Positions 54,225 through 64,000 of a stretch of 64,000 nucleotides of DNA are shown here, in pieces. This stretch comes from an uncultured bacterium (GTDB lineage: Bacteria; Patescibacteriota; Minisyncoccia; Phycocordibacterales; PALSA-1337). Position numbers and translations under genes: made by a program. Positions within the stretch are counted from its first letter, which is position 1. Every line of letters begins with the position of its first letter. Location of the stretch: the NCBI GenBank assembly GCA_963851055.1, contig CAWKMY010000006.1, positions 14,663-78,662 on the forward strand, in the 5' to 3' direction. The notes below the pieces were generated by a model, which did not search any database, had not been told where the DNA came from, and saw only the letters and a list, made by a program, of their open reading frames with translations.

Positions 54225-55442
54225 TCAATCTTCTTTTGCTGACTCCTCCAGCGCCTCTATCCCCGGCAAAGTGCCGGTAGCCAGGAAATCCAACATGGCT
54301 CCGCCGCCGGTAGAAACAAAAGTGAACTTATCTTCAACCCCGAGCTTTGAAATAGAAGACAAAGTATCGCCGCCGCCAACAATCGAGTGGACACTTGGCC
54401 CATTGCCGCCTTCAATCTTTCCGTTCTCTGTCCTCTCCGCGATTATCTTGGCCAAAGCTTCCGTGCCTTCAGTGAATCCCTTCTCAAATACGCCGAGCGG
54501 GCCATTCCAGAGGATAAATTTCGCCGCATCAATCTTTACTTTTAGCGCTTCGAGAGTCTTTGGCCCTGAATCAAAGATGACATCGCTAGTACTGACGGCG
54601 TCTATCCCCTTTTCCACATGATCTTGGATAATCACATCAACTGGAATCATTATATTCGGCTGATTGATGACATTAGAAATATCATCGGTGCCGCTGGAGA
54701 CCTTGGAAATACCGACTTCATATCCTTTTGCTTTCAAAGCATCGTTAGCCAAAGCTCCGCCGATGAAAACTGTGTCGGCTGTTTTGGAGAATTTCTGGAT
54801 GAGCGGCAACTTGGTATCGAACTTCGCTCCGCCGAGGATGAAAATGAACGGGTGAGACGGGTTAAAAGCCGCGCTCAATTGCTTTACTTCTTCTTCGAAT
54901 TGAAGTCCTGCGTAACTAGGTAAAAATTCAGTGACTGCACATACGGAAGCATGCTCTCGATGCGAAACAGAGAAGGCATCGTTAACGTATATGTCCGCAA
55001 GGGAGGCCAATTGTTTAGCAAATTTTTTATCATTCTCTTTTTCGCCAGAATTTTCGCGTATATTCTCGAGCAATATCATTTCGCCGTCTTTCAATCCTTC
55101 CGCCGATTCGAATGCGGAAGCCAAATTCTTCACAAAAGTCACCGGCAATCCTTTTTTCTTCAAATAATCAGCGACCGGCACCAAAGTCGGCATTTTTTCT
55201 AATGGATTCTTCACGCCAACCCCTAACTTCAAACTCCCAACTTCCACCAATCCATCGGCCGTCTCGATATGGCTAATCAGAATTAGTCGCGCGCCTTTAT
55301 TCCGCAAAAAATCTATCGTCGGCAACGCCTTGCGGATGCGAAAATCATCCCCTACGACCCCATTTTTGATCGGCACATTGAAATCCACACGCAAAAGGAC
55401 TTTTACGCCTTCTAAATGTGGAATATCGGCAAGTGTCTTCAT
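54225..55442 (-). CDS. pgk: Phosphoglycerate kinase
   Basis: LRVDFNVPIKNGVV...RIRKALPTI N-terminal signature, 405 aa. Confidence 0.9.
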   Translation of the reverse strand: MKTLADIPHLEGVKVLLRVDFNVPIKNGVVGDDFRIRKALPTIDFLRNKGARLILISHIETADGLVEVGSLKLGVGVKNPLEKMPTLVPVADYLKKKGLPVTFVKNLASAFESAEGLKDGEMILLENIRENSGEKENDKKFAKQLASLADIYVNDAFSVSHREHASVCAVTEFLPSYAGLQFEEEVKQLSAAFNPSHPFIFILGGAKFDTKLPLIQKFSKTADTVFIGGALANDALKAKGYEVGISKVSSGTDDISNVINQPNIMIPVDVIIQDHVEKGIDAVSTSDVIFDSGPKTLEALKVKIDAAKFILWNGPLGVFEKGFTEGTEALAKIIAERTENGKIEGGNGPSVHSIVGGGDTLSSISKLGVEDKFTFVSTGGGAMLDFLATGTLPGIEALEESAKED

Positions 55443-55443
55443 C

Positions 55444-56205
55444 CTATTTTATGGCATCCACCGCCTTGAGCAGTGCGATAAAACCCGGCGTATTGACGCT
55501 CTCGCGACCGACGAGGAGACCATCTACTGCGCCTATGGTCATGATATCCGGAGCATTCAGATAATTGACCGAGCCACCATATAGTACGCTCACTCTGAGG
55601 CCGGCTTCAGAACCAAAAAGGTCGGCGAATATCTTCTTTACGAAGATAGACATCTCATGTATGTCTTCCGGCTTCATTGCTTCCTTTGCCCCGATGGCCC
55701 AGACGGGCTCATAAGCTATGACGATACGGCCGGCCGACTTTGCGGGCACATCGGCAAAAGTATTTTTGATCTGGCTTTTTAGAGTCTCGAGATAAGCGCC
55801 ATTCTCATCGCGGACGGCTTCACCTACGCAAACAATCGGAATAAGTCTGGATTCTAGGACTGCTTTTAATCTCTTTGAGACTATTCCGTCGCTATCGCCG
55901 GCTTTACGCTCTTCAGAATGACCGACGATGACGTATTCAACGCCTATATCACGGAGCATAGCCGCTCCCACTTCCCCGGTATGCGGGCCGCCTTCTTCAT
56001 AAGAGACGGATTGCGCGCCCATACGAAAATTCTTCACCGGCTTTCGCGGCGAGCACGAGGCTATAAATGGAAAAGGCGGCGCTATGACCGTCTCGCTATT
56101 CGTGAGATCCGGGGCCATGTGTTTTATCTTGGCGGCGATCTTCTTTGCTTCAGCCAGAGTACCGGGATTCATCTTCCAATTGCCGACTATGAGTTTTTTT
56201 GACAT
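55444..56205 (-). CDS. tpiA: Triosephosphate isomerase
   Basis: LIVGNWKMN, AYEPVWAIG, GGSVN motifs. Confidence 0.9.
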   Translation of the reverse strand: MSKKLIVGNWKMNPGTLAEAKKIAAKIKHMAPDLTNSETVIAPPFPFIASCSPRKPVKNFRMGAQSVSYEEGGPHTGEVGAAMLRDIGVEYVIVGHSEERKAGDSDGIVSKRLKAVLESRLIPIVCVGEAVRDENGAYLETLKSQIKNTFADVPAKSAGRIVIAYEPVWAIGAKEAMKPEDIHEMSIFVKKIFADLFGSEAGLRVSVLYGGSVNYLNAPDIMTIGAVDGLLVGRESVNTPGFIALLKAVDAIK

Positions 56206-56259
56206 GCGTACATTATAGCAAGCCGAGAAATCCTAGGATACTGGGCTAACGAAATGACG

Positions 56260-57831
56260 TCATTGCAGCTGTTGCCAGGAAATAACCTGATACTGCGTCG
56301 TAGCTTGCGGGAATGAAGGCGGCGGCCCATAGAGGAGGTTGTTATCGTAATTGATATTGCGTATGGCATAACCTGTGTTATCCGTGTAGGCAAAACCATA
56401 TCGGAGAGCAGTGCCTATCATGCCGAGGAGCGTGAGCGAGCTTCGCGTAGAATAATTGGTACTACTGACGGAACAATTGCTATTGTAATAGAATCTGCCG
56501 ACGCGGCCGTTCTCGGCGACCAATGCTCCATCTATCTCGTAGCTGTTGTCGCTGACCATTCCGGAGTTTATATTTCCCTGGGCTATTAGGCCGATGACAT
56601 CATTGCCGTTTGTATTCGTATATTTCAGATTGGTGTTTATATTTATATTGGTATAGCTATTGGCGCTGGAGGCTCCGACATTCGCGGAGGCTATAGTCAC
56701 GCGGGCATTGCTCACTGTACCGTCGACCCACAGGTCGTCATCGACGAAAATAATATCGTTGGTAGGGATCGGCCATGAATGGTCTAGATTCGGCCCAGTA
56801 TTGACTAGAATCTCGCTGGCGCCGGACTGACTTCCACCGACTAGGTTGTTGATGGTCCATGTGCCCCAGTTCGTGCCGGTATTCTGTTGGCCGTTCTGAT
56901 TCATCTGACTCTGAGCCGTGACGTCATTGCCGCAATTGCTCGGAGTAGGCTGAAGGGACGTGACTTTGTACATGTTGTATTCGGTCACTCCGCCCACGAC
57001 TTGAAAGACTATGTGATACCCGTAATATCCAGAACCCAAAGCGGTCCATTCCTTGCCGCTCTGCTGTGCCAGCGTCTGCAGTTGCGTCAAGTTCGCCGTC
57101 AAGCTATTGAAAGAGAATGCGGGAACCGGAGATTGCCTGCCGGCCATGAAGATGTCAGGCCGATTTATGACGGGAGTGTTCGGTTGGGGATCAGGATTCG
57201 GATATGTGGGCGGATTGGTCACATCCGTGTACACAGCCCATTCATTGAGGCCAGTGTCGGGATCGGTATAAGTAGTAAGAGCGCTCGCCACCAAGTTGTG
57301 AGCCACGCCGTCGAAATGGATGCCTTTATTGGACTGGATCGGACCGTATATGGTTGTGCCTGGACCGAAATACATATTGTCGTTGGCCACCACGGCAAAT
57401 TTCGCCAGTGAAGGTATGGCCATAGACTCCTGGACTTTGCGGGTGATCGTAGACGAAGCCAATGTGCCAACGGAAAGTATTTTTACTATAGTCGATCCGG
57501 TCGGCGGCGGAGTTATGGTCAAAGAATATGTTCCCAAAAGATTGTCGTTGCGATCGTAAAAATTGTGGACATATGGTCCGGAGTTGTTAGTTCCGTCTTT
57601 ATAATCCGTCGGGAATTGAGCCAAGTGCCATTGATAGTAGTCCACGCCTGCTTCGGCGATCTGCAAAGCCTGTTCCCTAGATGCCACGCTCCTTATGTTG
57701 GATAGCATGGACACGCCCCAGTTGGTAAGTCCCGTGATTATGGTCACCGCTATGGCTGCAAAAATAATGACTGACAGGAGAATGTCGCCACTTTCCATTT
57801 TCATCTTTGCTTTTTCCATTTTCATATTCAT
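56260..57831 (-). CDS. Large pilus-associated protein (pilin-like N-terminal hydrophobic segment, non-canonical leader)
   Basis: 523 aa, N-terminal TM-like helix, Thr/Asn/Gly-rich; clustered with pilins. Confidence 0.45.
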   Translation of the reverse strand: MNMKMEKAKMKMESGDILLSVIIFAAIAVTIITGLTNWGVSMLSNIRSVASREQALQIAEAGVDYYQWHLAQFPTDYKDGTNNSGPYVHNFYDRNDNLLGTYSLTITPPPTGSTIVKILSVGTLASSTITRKVQESMAIPSLAKFAVVANDNMYFGPGTTIYGPIQSNKGIHFDGVAHNLVASALTTYTDPDTGLNEWAVYTDVTNPPTYPNPDPQPNTPVINRPDIFMAGRQSPVPAFSFNSLTANLTQLQTLAQQSGKEWTALGSGYYGYHIVFQVVGGVTEYNMYKVTSLQPTPSNCGNDVTAQSQMNQNGQQNTGTNWGTWTINNLVGGSQSGASEILVNTGPNLDHSWPIPTNDIIFVDDDLWVDGTVSNARVTIASANVGASSANSYTNININTNLKYTNTNGNDVIGLIAQGNINSGMVSDNSYEIDGALVAENGRVGRFYYNSNCSVSSTNYSTRSSLTLLGMIGTALRYGFAYTDNTGYAIRNINYDNNLLYGPPPSFPQATTQYQVISWQQLQ

Positions 57832-58436
57832 AGGTTGCTCTTTAGATTACGCAGGTTCGCCTGAACCGTGTAAGTTATCGGCGCTGGTGAACGGTTCGGA
57901 TCAAGATCAAGGGTGATATTTATCTTTACCAGACGAACTGCCGTGGTCGTGACCGGTTGGGTAAGTGGCGAGCTTGTACCGTTGTAATTCGTATCGAAAT
58001 ACTGGAAAACGGGAGTGTTTGAACCGTTGCGAACACTCGTCAGTAAAGTCGAAGTCGATTGGTTGGCGATCAGGTACGTTGGTGGGTTGCCCGAAGGTTG
58101 TATGACAGCGCGGTATAGAGTTGTGGTAGAAAGTGAATAGGTGACTTCTTCCTCTGTGCCGTCATTATCCGGATCAGAGAAAAAAGATATGGTCGTACTG
58201 CCGGCATTTACCAGTGGATATGAGCCGTCAGCCCCGGGGGCCATCTCGCGCAATTCCGTGAGCATGGTCTTCAGAATGACTTGGGCATTCTGGGCCGTCT
58301 GAAAAGATCCGGAGACATTGCCCTGGTATATGAATACATTTGCTTCAAACATGCCCACGGATACTATGACCGTCGCGAATATGGCGAGAGTTATGAGCAC
58401 TTCGACCAATGTCATTCCCCTATTGAAAGCCTTCAT
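57828..58436 (-). CDS. Type IV pilin-like protein (prepilin leader MKAFNRG / MTLVEVLI)
   Basis: G-1, M+1, E+5 prepilin peptidase motif and hydrophobic alpha1 helix. Confidence 0.6.
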   Translation of the reverse strand: MKAFNRGMTLVEVLITLAIFATVIVSVGMFEANVFIYQGNVSGSFQTAQNAQVILKTMLTELREMAPGADGSYPLVNAGSTTISFFSDPDNDGTEEEVTYSLSTTTLYRAVIQPSGNPPTYLIANQSTSTLLTSVRNGSNTPVFQYFDTNYNGTSSPLTQPVTTTAVRLVKINITLDLDPNRSPAPITYTVQANLRNLKSNL

Positions 58437-58454
58437 TGATTTAATTGTACCACG

Positions 58455-60290
58455 CTACAAATGGCTTAATGAGATCGTCTTCTGTTGCCAGCCGCTCCCT
58501 ACGGTCACGCTACCAGAATATGGAGAATAACCGCTCGCGGATATCGAGACCGTGTAGGTGCCGGTCGAGAGTCCTTGGAACAGGACTTGTCCCGGCGGTA
58601 TACATCCGGAAGTATAAGCGAAGGAAACATTCGAGACCGCAGGAGTGACGGTGGCAGTGTTAGTGGTCAGATAGGCCTTATAGCGGGCAAACTCATTACT
58701 GTTATTTATGCTATTGATGGAGCCTCCCGGAACAGTGAAAAAGGTATTGGACGTTCCATCCGGACCGCTATAGCTCCAAGGACCGTTCGGACTGGAGCTG
58801 GGGGCCGTGGCGAACTGGAATTTCACCGGCGTAGTCCCGGCTTTGAGCGGCTGATTTATGGGAGCCCAATTGAAGATATAGAAATTACTGGTCGTACCGG
58901 TATCGAAAGTAGAAGATTCCAAAGTTCCCGTGGCGTTGGTTAGATACGGAGTCGAGCCACCGAGCCAATGCAAGACGATGTTGCCCGAAGAAGTGCCGGC
59001 GACAGTGGTGTCCACTCCACCGTTATTCGTGGCGTAAGCTTTTGGATCGATAAATGCGCCGTTCTGGGTCGGACCATCTGACCAATTTGATTGAGAGAGG
59101 TATCCTTGTCCGGTTATGAACGTGCTGTTATAGCTGCTTGGGCCCGTCAATTGGACAGTTGCGTTCGATATGGGCAACTTGCTGGAACCGTCCATTACGG
59201 AGATCATCAGACTGTTCGGGTTGTGAGGCACCACGGTCAGTTGGATATTCTGGACATTATTCGGATTGAGAACCACCGGACTGAATGGATTTATACCCGC
59301 AATATCGTATGTAGTGACGGTAGGCGTGATGTTATAAGTATCCCATTCCATATTATTCATATTCAGTAGGCCGCCGGAATTTGTGGAAAGGCTTGTCGCC
59401 GGATATTTCAACACTCCTACACCTATCAGCTTCGAGCCCGCCATGGAAAAACTGATATTCCCTGTCGGCACGCAAGTCGGCGAAACGCTGGTGAAATTGA
59501 GCGTGCTCAAGGCGTCTATGGATAAGCTCAGGCTAGTAACTTGTTGATTTAGCACGGTCGCATCAGGGTTGGTAGGGTTGGGATTGCCGGAACCGCCTAC
59601 GGGATAAGTCCTGTCAGTAGAGTAACCTTGTTTTGTCACGGTGATCCTATACATGCTAGCTCCGGGCGGTACGCCGATGACATTCAAAACGCCATTATCG
59701 TTGGTAACATCGGTATCCTGAACAGAAGAAGTTGCCAGACTCTGGATATTGACCGTGGCGCCTTGGACCGGTTGGCCGTTCGCGTTGAAGACGCTGACGA
59801 CGATGGCGCCACCGGTTGATGCAGATTGGAGATTGGCCGGGGAAACTTGGCCGGACAAAGCTATAGGCTGGAAATCCTTGCATGTCGGACAGGTGACATC
59901 TACCTCGACAATCTTGTCGCTAGCTTGAACGCTCGAGGTCGAAAGATTTATGTTGCGAATGGTCAGGCCTACGTTAAATGTATACCCGCCGCGTACCAAA
60001 GTAGTTGTCGCCGGCAAAATGCCCTGAGGTATGCCATTGGTGAGACCAACTGATACATATGGCATATTTCTGACGATCTCGAATTGCTCATCCGCCAATT
60101 CGACCGCCAATGTCCGAGACTGGCTACCACTCGACAATTGGATCAAACTTGTAAAAGCACTGTAAGAGGCAAGGCCAACCATTAGAAATATGGCCGTGCC
60201 AATCAGAACCTCGATCAATGAGAAACCTCGGGCTTTTTTCCCTCCTTTCCTCTTCCTTCTTTCTCCCTGCTTCATATTAATTAATGGCAT
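58455..60290 (-). CDS. Giant type IV pilin-like protein (611 aa) with long basic leader
   Basis: Leader MPLINMKQGERRKRKGGKKARG then FSLIEVLIG (G-1, F+1, E+5). Confidence 0.6.
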   Translation of the reverse strand: MPLINMKQGERRKRKGGKKARGFSLIEVLIGTAIFLMVGLASYSAFTSLIQLSSGSQSRTLAVELADEQFEIVRNMPYVSVGLTNGIPQGILPATTTLVRGGYTFNVGLTIRNINLSTSSVQASDKIVEVDVTCPTCKDFQPIALSGQVSPANLQSASTGGAIVVSVFNANGQPVQGATVNIQSLATSSVQDTDVTNDNGVLNVIGVPPGASMYRITVTKQGYSTDRTYPVGGSGNPNPTNPDATVLNQQVTSLSLSIDALSTLNFTSVSPTCVPTGNISFSMAGSKLIGVGVLKYPATSLSTNSGGLLNMNNMEWDTYNITPTVTTYDIAGINPFSPVVLNPNNVQNIQLTVVPHNPNSLMISVMDGSSKLPISNATVQLTGPSSYNSTFITGQGYLSQSNWSDGPTQNGAFIDPKAYATNNGGVDTTVAGTSSGNIVLHWLGGSTPYLTNATGTLESSTFDTGTTSNFYIFNWAPINQPLKAGTTPVKFQFATAPSSSPNGPWSYSGPDGTSNTFFTVPGGSINSINNSNEFARYKAYLTTNTATVTPAVSNVSFAYTSGCIPPGQVLFQGLSTGTYTVSISASGYSPYSGSVTVGSGWQQKTISLSHL

Positions 60291-61497
60291 TGACCAAAGA
60301 ATACATCGGACTGATTATGGAAACGGCGAAGAAACCTACGGCCGCGCCGATGACTATCATCAGGAACGGCTCAATGACCGTGGACATATCCTTGGTCTTC
60401 TGATCGACGTCTTCTTCATAATATTTGGCCACACCGGAGAGCATTTCCCCTATTTTTCCAGTCTCCTCACCGACGGAAAGCATCTCCGCGAAGAATACCG
60501 GGTATAGCTTTTCATGTTGGCTGAAGACCTTCGACATCAGGTCGCCCTTCTTTATGGCTTCACCGGCTTGCTGCAACACGACCCGGAAATAAACGTTCTG
60601 GACGACGCCAGAAGTTATGTTCATGGACTCGACCACATCGACACCGGAGCTCAAAAGAGACGACAGGGTACGAGCCGTACGAGCGGTATTGACCTCCTGC
60701 ACCAAAGTGCCGATGATGGGGATCTTCAGGAGAACGGCGTGAATGATCTTCTTTCCCGAGGGCTTGCGAGACCACCATACATAAGCGGCAACAATTATTG
60801 TCACGCCGAGAAGCACGAACATGCCCTGATGTTGAACTACGTTGCTAATATCCAGGATGACCTGCGTAGCGAAAGGCAGCTGCACATTGAGGCTGGTGAA
60901 AGTGGAAAGAAGCGTCGGTATGACGAATATGAACATCAATATCGCTATGATGATCATAGCCGACAATATCACAGCCGGATACATGAGAGCGCCGCGGATG
61001 CGACGCTCCAGAGCGAATGTGCTCTCCATCTGTAAAGCCACTGCTTTTAGCGACTGGGCCAATGTGCCGCTCTGTTCGCCGGCGTGGACCATTGAGACCA
61101 GGAGAGAGGAAAAGACTTTCGGATGATGCGAGAGAGCTTCGGCGAATGTGGTGCCGCGATCTATATCGGCCATGACAGCGATGAGAACTTCCGTAAGGGC
61201 TTTGCTGTGAGACTGCTTCTGTAGCACGGACAGGCCCCGAGACAGTGCCAGACCCGCTTCTAACATCGAACCAAGGTTGCGGGCAAAGTTTATCTTGTCT
61301 ATCGTCTTGACTCTTTTCAGAAAACCCAAGTTTATATTTATTTTCAGGCCTTTATGAACTGACTTTTCCTCAACCGAGACCAGCTCATCTCCGCTCTCGC
61401 GGATGAGTCTGTAGAGCTCGTAGCGGTCGGCGGCATCGCGCTCGCTCTCGTAAACCTCTCCGCCTGGTTTTTTTGCTTTGAAAATGAAATGTGACAT
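60277..61497 (-). CDS. pilC: Type IV pilus assembly platform protein PilC (T2SS F family)
   Basis: 406 aa, two T2SSF repeats, three TM segments. Confidence 0.85.
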   Translation of the reverse strand: MSHFIFKAKKPGGEVYESERDAADRYELYRLIRESGDELVSVEEKSVHKGLKININLGFLKRVKTIDKINFARNLGSMLEAGLALSRGLSVLQKQSHSKALTEVLIAVMADIDRGTTFAEALSHHPKVFSSLLVSMVHAGEQSGTLAQSLKAVALQMESTFALERRIRGALMYPAVILSAMIIIAILMFIFVIPTLLSTFTSLNVQLPFATQVILDISNVVQHQGMFVLLGVTIIVAAYVWWSRKPSGKKIIHAVLLKIPIIGTLVQEVNTARTARTLSSLLSSGVDVVESMNITSGVVQNVYFRVVLQQAGEAIKKGDLMSKVFSQHEKLYPVFFAEMLSVGEETGKIGEMLSGVAKYYEEDVDQKTKDMSTVIEPFLMIVIGAAVGFFAVSIISPMYSLVNAIN

Positions 61498-61498
61498 A

Positions 61499-63247
61499 TT
61501 ATTCTGATACTACTCTTAATACTTCCTCTATAGTCGTCAATCCTGAGACGCACTTGAATATACCATCCTCCAACATGGTAAGCATGCCTTCGGACTTGGC
61601 CTGTTTCTCTATTTCCGATGAAGCGGCCCCTTTCATTATGAGGTCTTTGATGGTCTGACTCATCTTCAGGACTTCATGTATGCCTACGCGACCCTTGAAA
61701 CCGTCATCATCGCTTCCCGCCACAGGTTTATAAAATGTTATATCTTTCCAATCATCCTCGGGTTTGACTATTTTTTCCGCCTTGAGGACATCCAGAACGC
61801 GCTTCATATCCACGAGCTTCTCCAGTTGGGCAAATTCGGCTTTGGAAAGATAATACCTCTCTTTCCCGTCCGTCAGGCGCCGGACCAAACGCTGGCCGAT
61901 GACTATGTCCAGGGTCGAAACGAGAAGAAACGACTCTACTTTCATATCCAAGAGGCGTGGTATGGCTCCGGCGGCGCTATTGGTATGCAAGGTCGAAAGG
62001 ACCAAGTGGCCGGTCAGGGCGGCATTCACGGCCAAAGCCGCCGTCTCATTGTCGCGAATTTCACCCACCATGATGATGTCAGGATCTTGACGGACTAGAG
62101 TGCGTATTCCCTGGGCAAATGAAAATCCGATATCCGGCCGCACCTGGGTCTGATTGATGCGGGCCATCTGATATTCTATCGGATCCTCGATGGTGGAGAT
62201 ATTCACATCCGGCGTGTTCAATATATCCAGCATGGTGTAGAGAGTCGTAGTTTTACCGGAACCGGTCGGTCCGGTAGTCAGGATCATTCCCGTCGTCTGC
62301 TGTAATGCCTGATGTATTCTTTCCAAACTCTCGCCGTGGAATTGCAGAAATTCCAATGTGAAGCCGGATATGCTGTCGCGCAAGAGGCGCATAACTATCT
62401 TCTCGCCATAATAAGTCGGTAGTATAGACACGCGGAAAGAGACTTTTTCATTCGTCAGGTCCACTTTGAAGCGGCCGTCCTGCGGCAGACGCTTCTCATC
62501 GAGCTTCAGGTTCGAGAGCACCTTGATGCGGGCGGACACGGAAGGTCCGGCCTGCCTCGGGAGCACCATGGCGTCATGGAGAAGGCCGTCAATGCGATAA
62601 CGAACGAGCACCTGTTCTTCCATAGGCTCTATATGTATGTCAGAAGCATTCTGGAGGATAGCGTGCTTTATGAGGGTATCCACGATACGAACGACCGGCA
62701 GATCGTCGGCCAATTTTTTCAGGTCTTCTTCGGATGCCAGCTCGCCCTTCTCTTCCGATATCATCTTCAGAGTGTCTGTCTCCTTTTGGATGATATCTCC
62801 AAATTCCGCTTTAAGGGACTTCTGATATTGCACCAGAGCCTCTTTTATGGAATCGCTGTCCGTGAGCCTTGGCACGATCTTCAAGTTCACTTTCTTCTTT
62901 ATAAAATCGATAGCCGAAAGGTCGTTCACGTCCAACATGGCTACCTCGAGAGAGACATCGTTCTTCTTGAAAGCGACGATATTGTGAGTGCGAGCGATAG
63001 GCTCCGGTATGAGCGAGAGAGTCTCGAATGGCACTTTCTTGCCTTTGAGGTCGACAAATGGAATGCCCAGCACGTATGCCTGCATGCGCCGCAAGTTGTC
63101 GGCGGTTATCTTTCCTTGGGTCACGAGAATGTCGCCGAGGCGCTTATTCTGCTTGTCCGCATCCGTTTTGGCTTTCTCCAAGTCGTCCTTGGTGACGAGC
63201 CCCGAGTCGAGGATGAATTTATAGAGCTGGGTGTCTTCGATGAGCAT
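61499..63247 (-). CDS. pilB: Type IV pilus assembly ATPase PilB (GspE family)
   Basis: Walker A GPTGSGKTTTLY, Asp box, His box; N-terminal GSPII domain. Confidence 0.9.
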   Translation of the reverse strand: MLIEDTQLYKFILDSGLVTKDDLEKAKTDADKQNKRLGDILVTQGKITADNLRRMQAYVLGIPFVDLKGKKVPFETLSLIPEPIARTHNIVAFKKNDVSLEVAMLDVNDLSAIDFIKKKVNLKIVPRLTDSDSIKEALVQYQKSLKAEFGDIIQKETDTLKMISEEKGELASEEDLKKLADDLPVVRIVDTLIKHAILQNASDIHIEPMEEQVLVRYRIDGLLHDAMVLPRQAGPSVSARIKVLSNLKLDEKRLPQDGRFKVDLTNEKVSFRVSILPTYYGEKIVMRLLRDSISGFTLEFLQFHGESLERIHQALQQTTGMILTTGPTGSGKTTTLYTMLDILNTPDVNISTIEDPIEYQMARINQTQVRPDIGFSFAQGIRTLVRQDPDIIMVGEIRDNETAALAVNAALTGHLVLSTLHTNSAAGAIPRLLDMKVESFLLVSTLDIVIGQRLVRRLTDGKERYYLSKAEFAQLEKLVDMKRVLDVLKAEKIVKPEDDWKDITFYKPVAGSDDDGFKGRVGIHEVLKMSQTIKDLIMKGAASSEIEKQAKSEGMLTMLEDGIFKCVSGLTTIEEVLRVVSE

Positions 63248-63286
63248 GTTGGGTTAATTGTACCAGATTACTATTGTATGGCCTAC

Positions 63287-63547
63287 TCAAGTAATTTCAA
63301 TTGTGATAGTAAGCTCTTTAGACATATCTGGTACTGGGTTTTCACCCAAATAATCATTTTTGGGACGGAATTTGTGCATGAATTTGATCATTTCAAGATC
63401 TTCATCCTCCATTTCCTTAGAAAATATAATCTCCATAGCTAGACCAGCCTCTTCTTTGTCCATACGACCGTCCTCTAGCATCTTAAATACACAATTGATC
63501 GCTTCTGTGACTTTATCTGGCTTCATTTTTGTTTTATTTTTTCTCAT
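63287..63547 (-). CDS. Hypothetical acidic small protein
   Basis: 86 aa ORF; no family. Confidence 0.25.
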   Translation of the reverse strand: MRKNKTKMKPDKVTEAINCVFKMLEDGRMDKEEAGLAMEIIFSKEMEDEDLEMIKFMHKFRPKNDYLGENPVPDMSKELTITIEIT

Positions 63548-63559
63548 ATCTTCAAAAGA

Positions 63560-63997
63560 TTATTTTCTTTTAATCATTCCAAGTGCTTTCACCTCCTTCT
63601 TCAACTGCCGAATATGTTTTTCTGGTTTTAGATTCTCCGGCATTTCACTACCAAGATCTTTCATGGCTTTACGGACTCTTTTTCCCACATCAAAATGCGT
63701 TCGCCTTGAATCCAGGTCACCTTTGATGTTTTCACGTCTAAGTTTTGCTTCAGTTTGTGTTATACGGAACATGTTCGCACCCAATTCCTCCGAGCCGGCT
63801 CGGTCTAGCAATTGTCCTTTCGGTATCTGTTTCTTTGTTTCGATTTCTGTAAGAGACATACTGTATAGACCTTTGTATCCAGCATCATTAAATAGACCAA
63901 AATGCGAAACTCCCGCCAAACGGGCTGTGCTGAATAATAGTTTATTCTTGTCGCTGACTTCTTCGCGTTTCTGTATTCTCTTTTCGGCTTCTGACAT
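63560..63997 (-). CDS. Hypothetical protein
   Basis: 145 aa, Lys/Glu-rich; start codon at 63995-63997. Confidence 0.35.
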   Translation of the reverse strand: MSEAEKRIQKREEVSDKNKLLFSTARLAGVSHFGLFNDAGYKGLYSMSLTEIETKKQIPKGQLLDRAGSEELGANMFRITQTEAKLRRENIKGDLDSRRTHFDVGKRVRKAMKDLGSEMPENLKPEKHIRQLKKEVKALGMIKRK

Positions 63998-64000
63998 CCC

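Noticed and set aside
1-64000. CRISPR arrays and tRNA genes
   Set aside because: No regularly spaced direct repeats with unique spacers were seen. Scanning intergenic regions for T-arm-like GGTTCRANYCC plus acceptor pairing found only the tmRNA 3' domain.

Overview
This window is a low-GC (about 45-48%) bacterial chromosomal segment whose backbone is the ribosomal-protein superoperon on the minus strand: str (rpsL-rpsG-fusA-tuf), S10 (rpsJ through rpsQ) and spc (rplN through secY-adk-map). Flanking it are smpB-ssrA (tmRNA), infC-rpmI-rplT, ndk, sodA-like, rnhA, recJ, pgk-tpiA and a type IV pilus locus (pilB, pilC and three large pilin-like genes). The most striking feature is that the operon is interrupted at six or more points by accessory cargo, and three conserved genes on the same strand carry apparent reading-frame defects.

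The insertions are:
- a RelE/antitoxin pair between rpsG and fusA;
- about 7 kb of Cys-rich surface-protein, transglycosylase-like, GNAT and PurO-like genes between fusA and tuf;
- a cupin, a SAM-methyltransferase, a GC-rich unknown and an orphan histidine kinase between rplB and rpsS;
- a Panacea(DUF4065)-antitoxin-like gene, a RelE/HigB-like toxin and an ANT(6)-family nucleotidyltransferase, all antisense, between rplP and rpmC;
- a MazF/EndoA-like toxin and a GC-rich unknown between rplE and rpsN;
- two small ORFs with their own consensus sigma70 promoter between rplO and secY.

The operon then ends after map at an IS481-like element with 18-bp inverted repeats.

A 62-bp modular repeat occurs four times, each time directly 5' of a gene start. 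A conserved upstream motif of about 25 nt is shared by the ssrA and rpsL promoter regions.

The apparent defects are +1 frameshifts in rplC and in fusA, an in-frame TAA in a beta-CASP RNase, a possible frameshift splitting a giant surface protein, and a multiply frameshifted M50 protease. These need read-level verification.

Several ribosomal proteins carry low-complexity extensions (RGG on S5; K/A-rich on L15, L23, S10 and S19) and rpmD is absent. Together with the pilus locus and the giant Cys-rich surface proteins, this suggests a CPR/Patescibacteria-like or otherwise reduced-genome lineage; that is an inference, not something the sequence shows directly.
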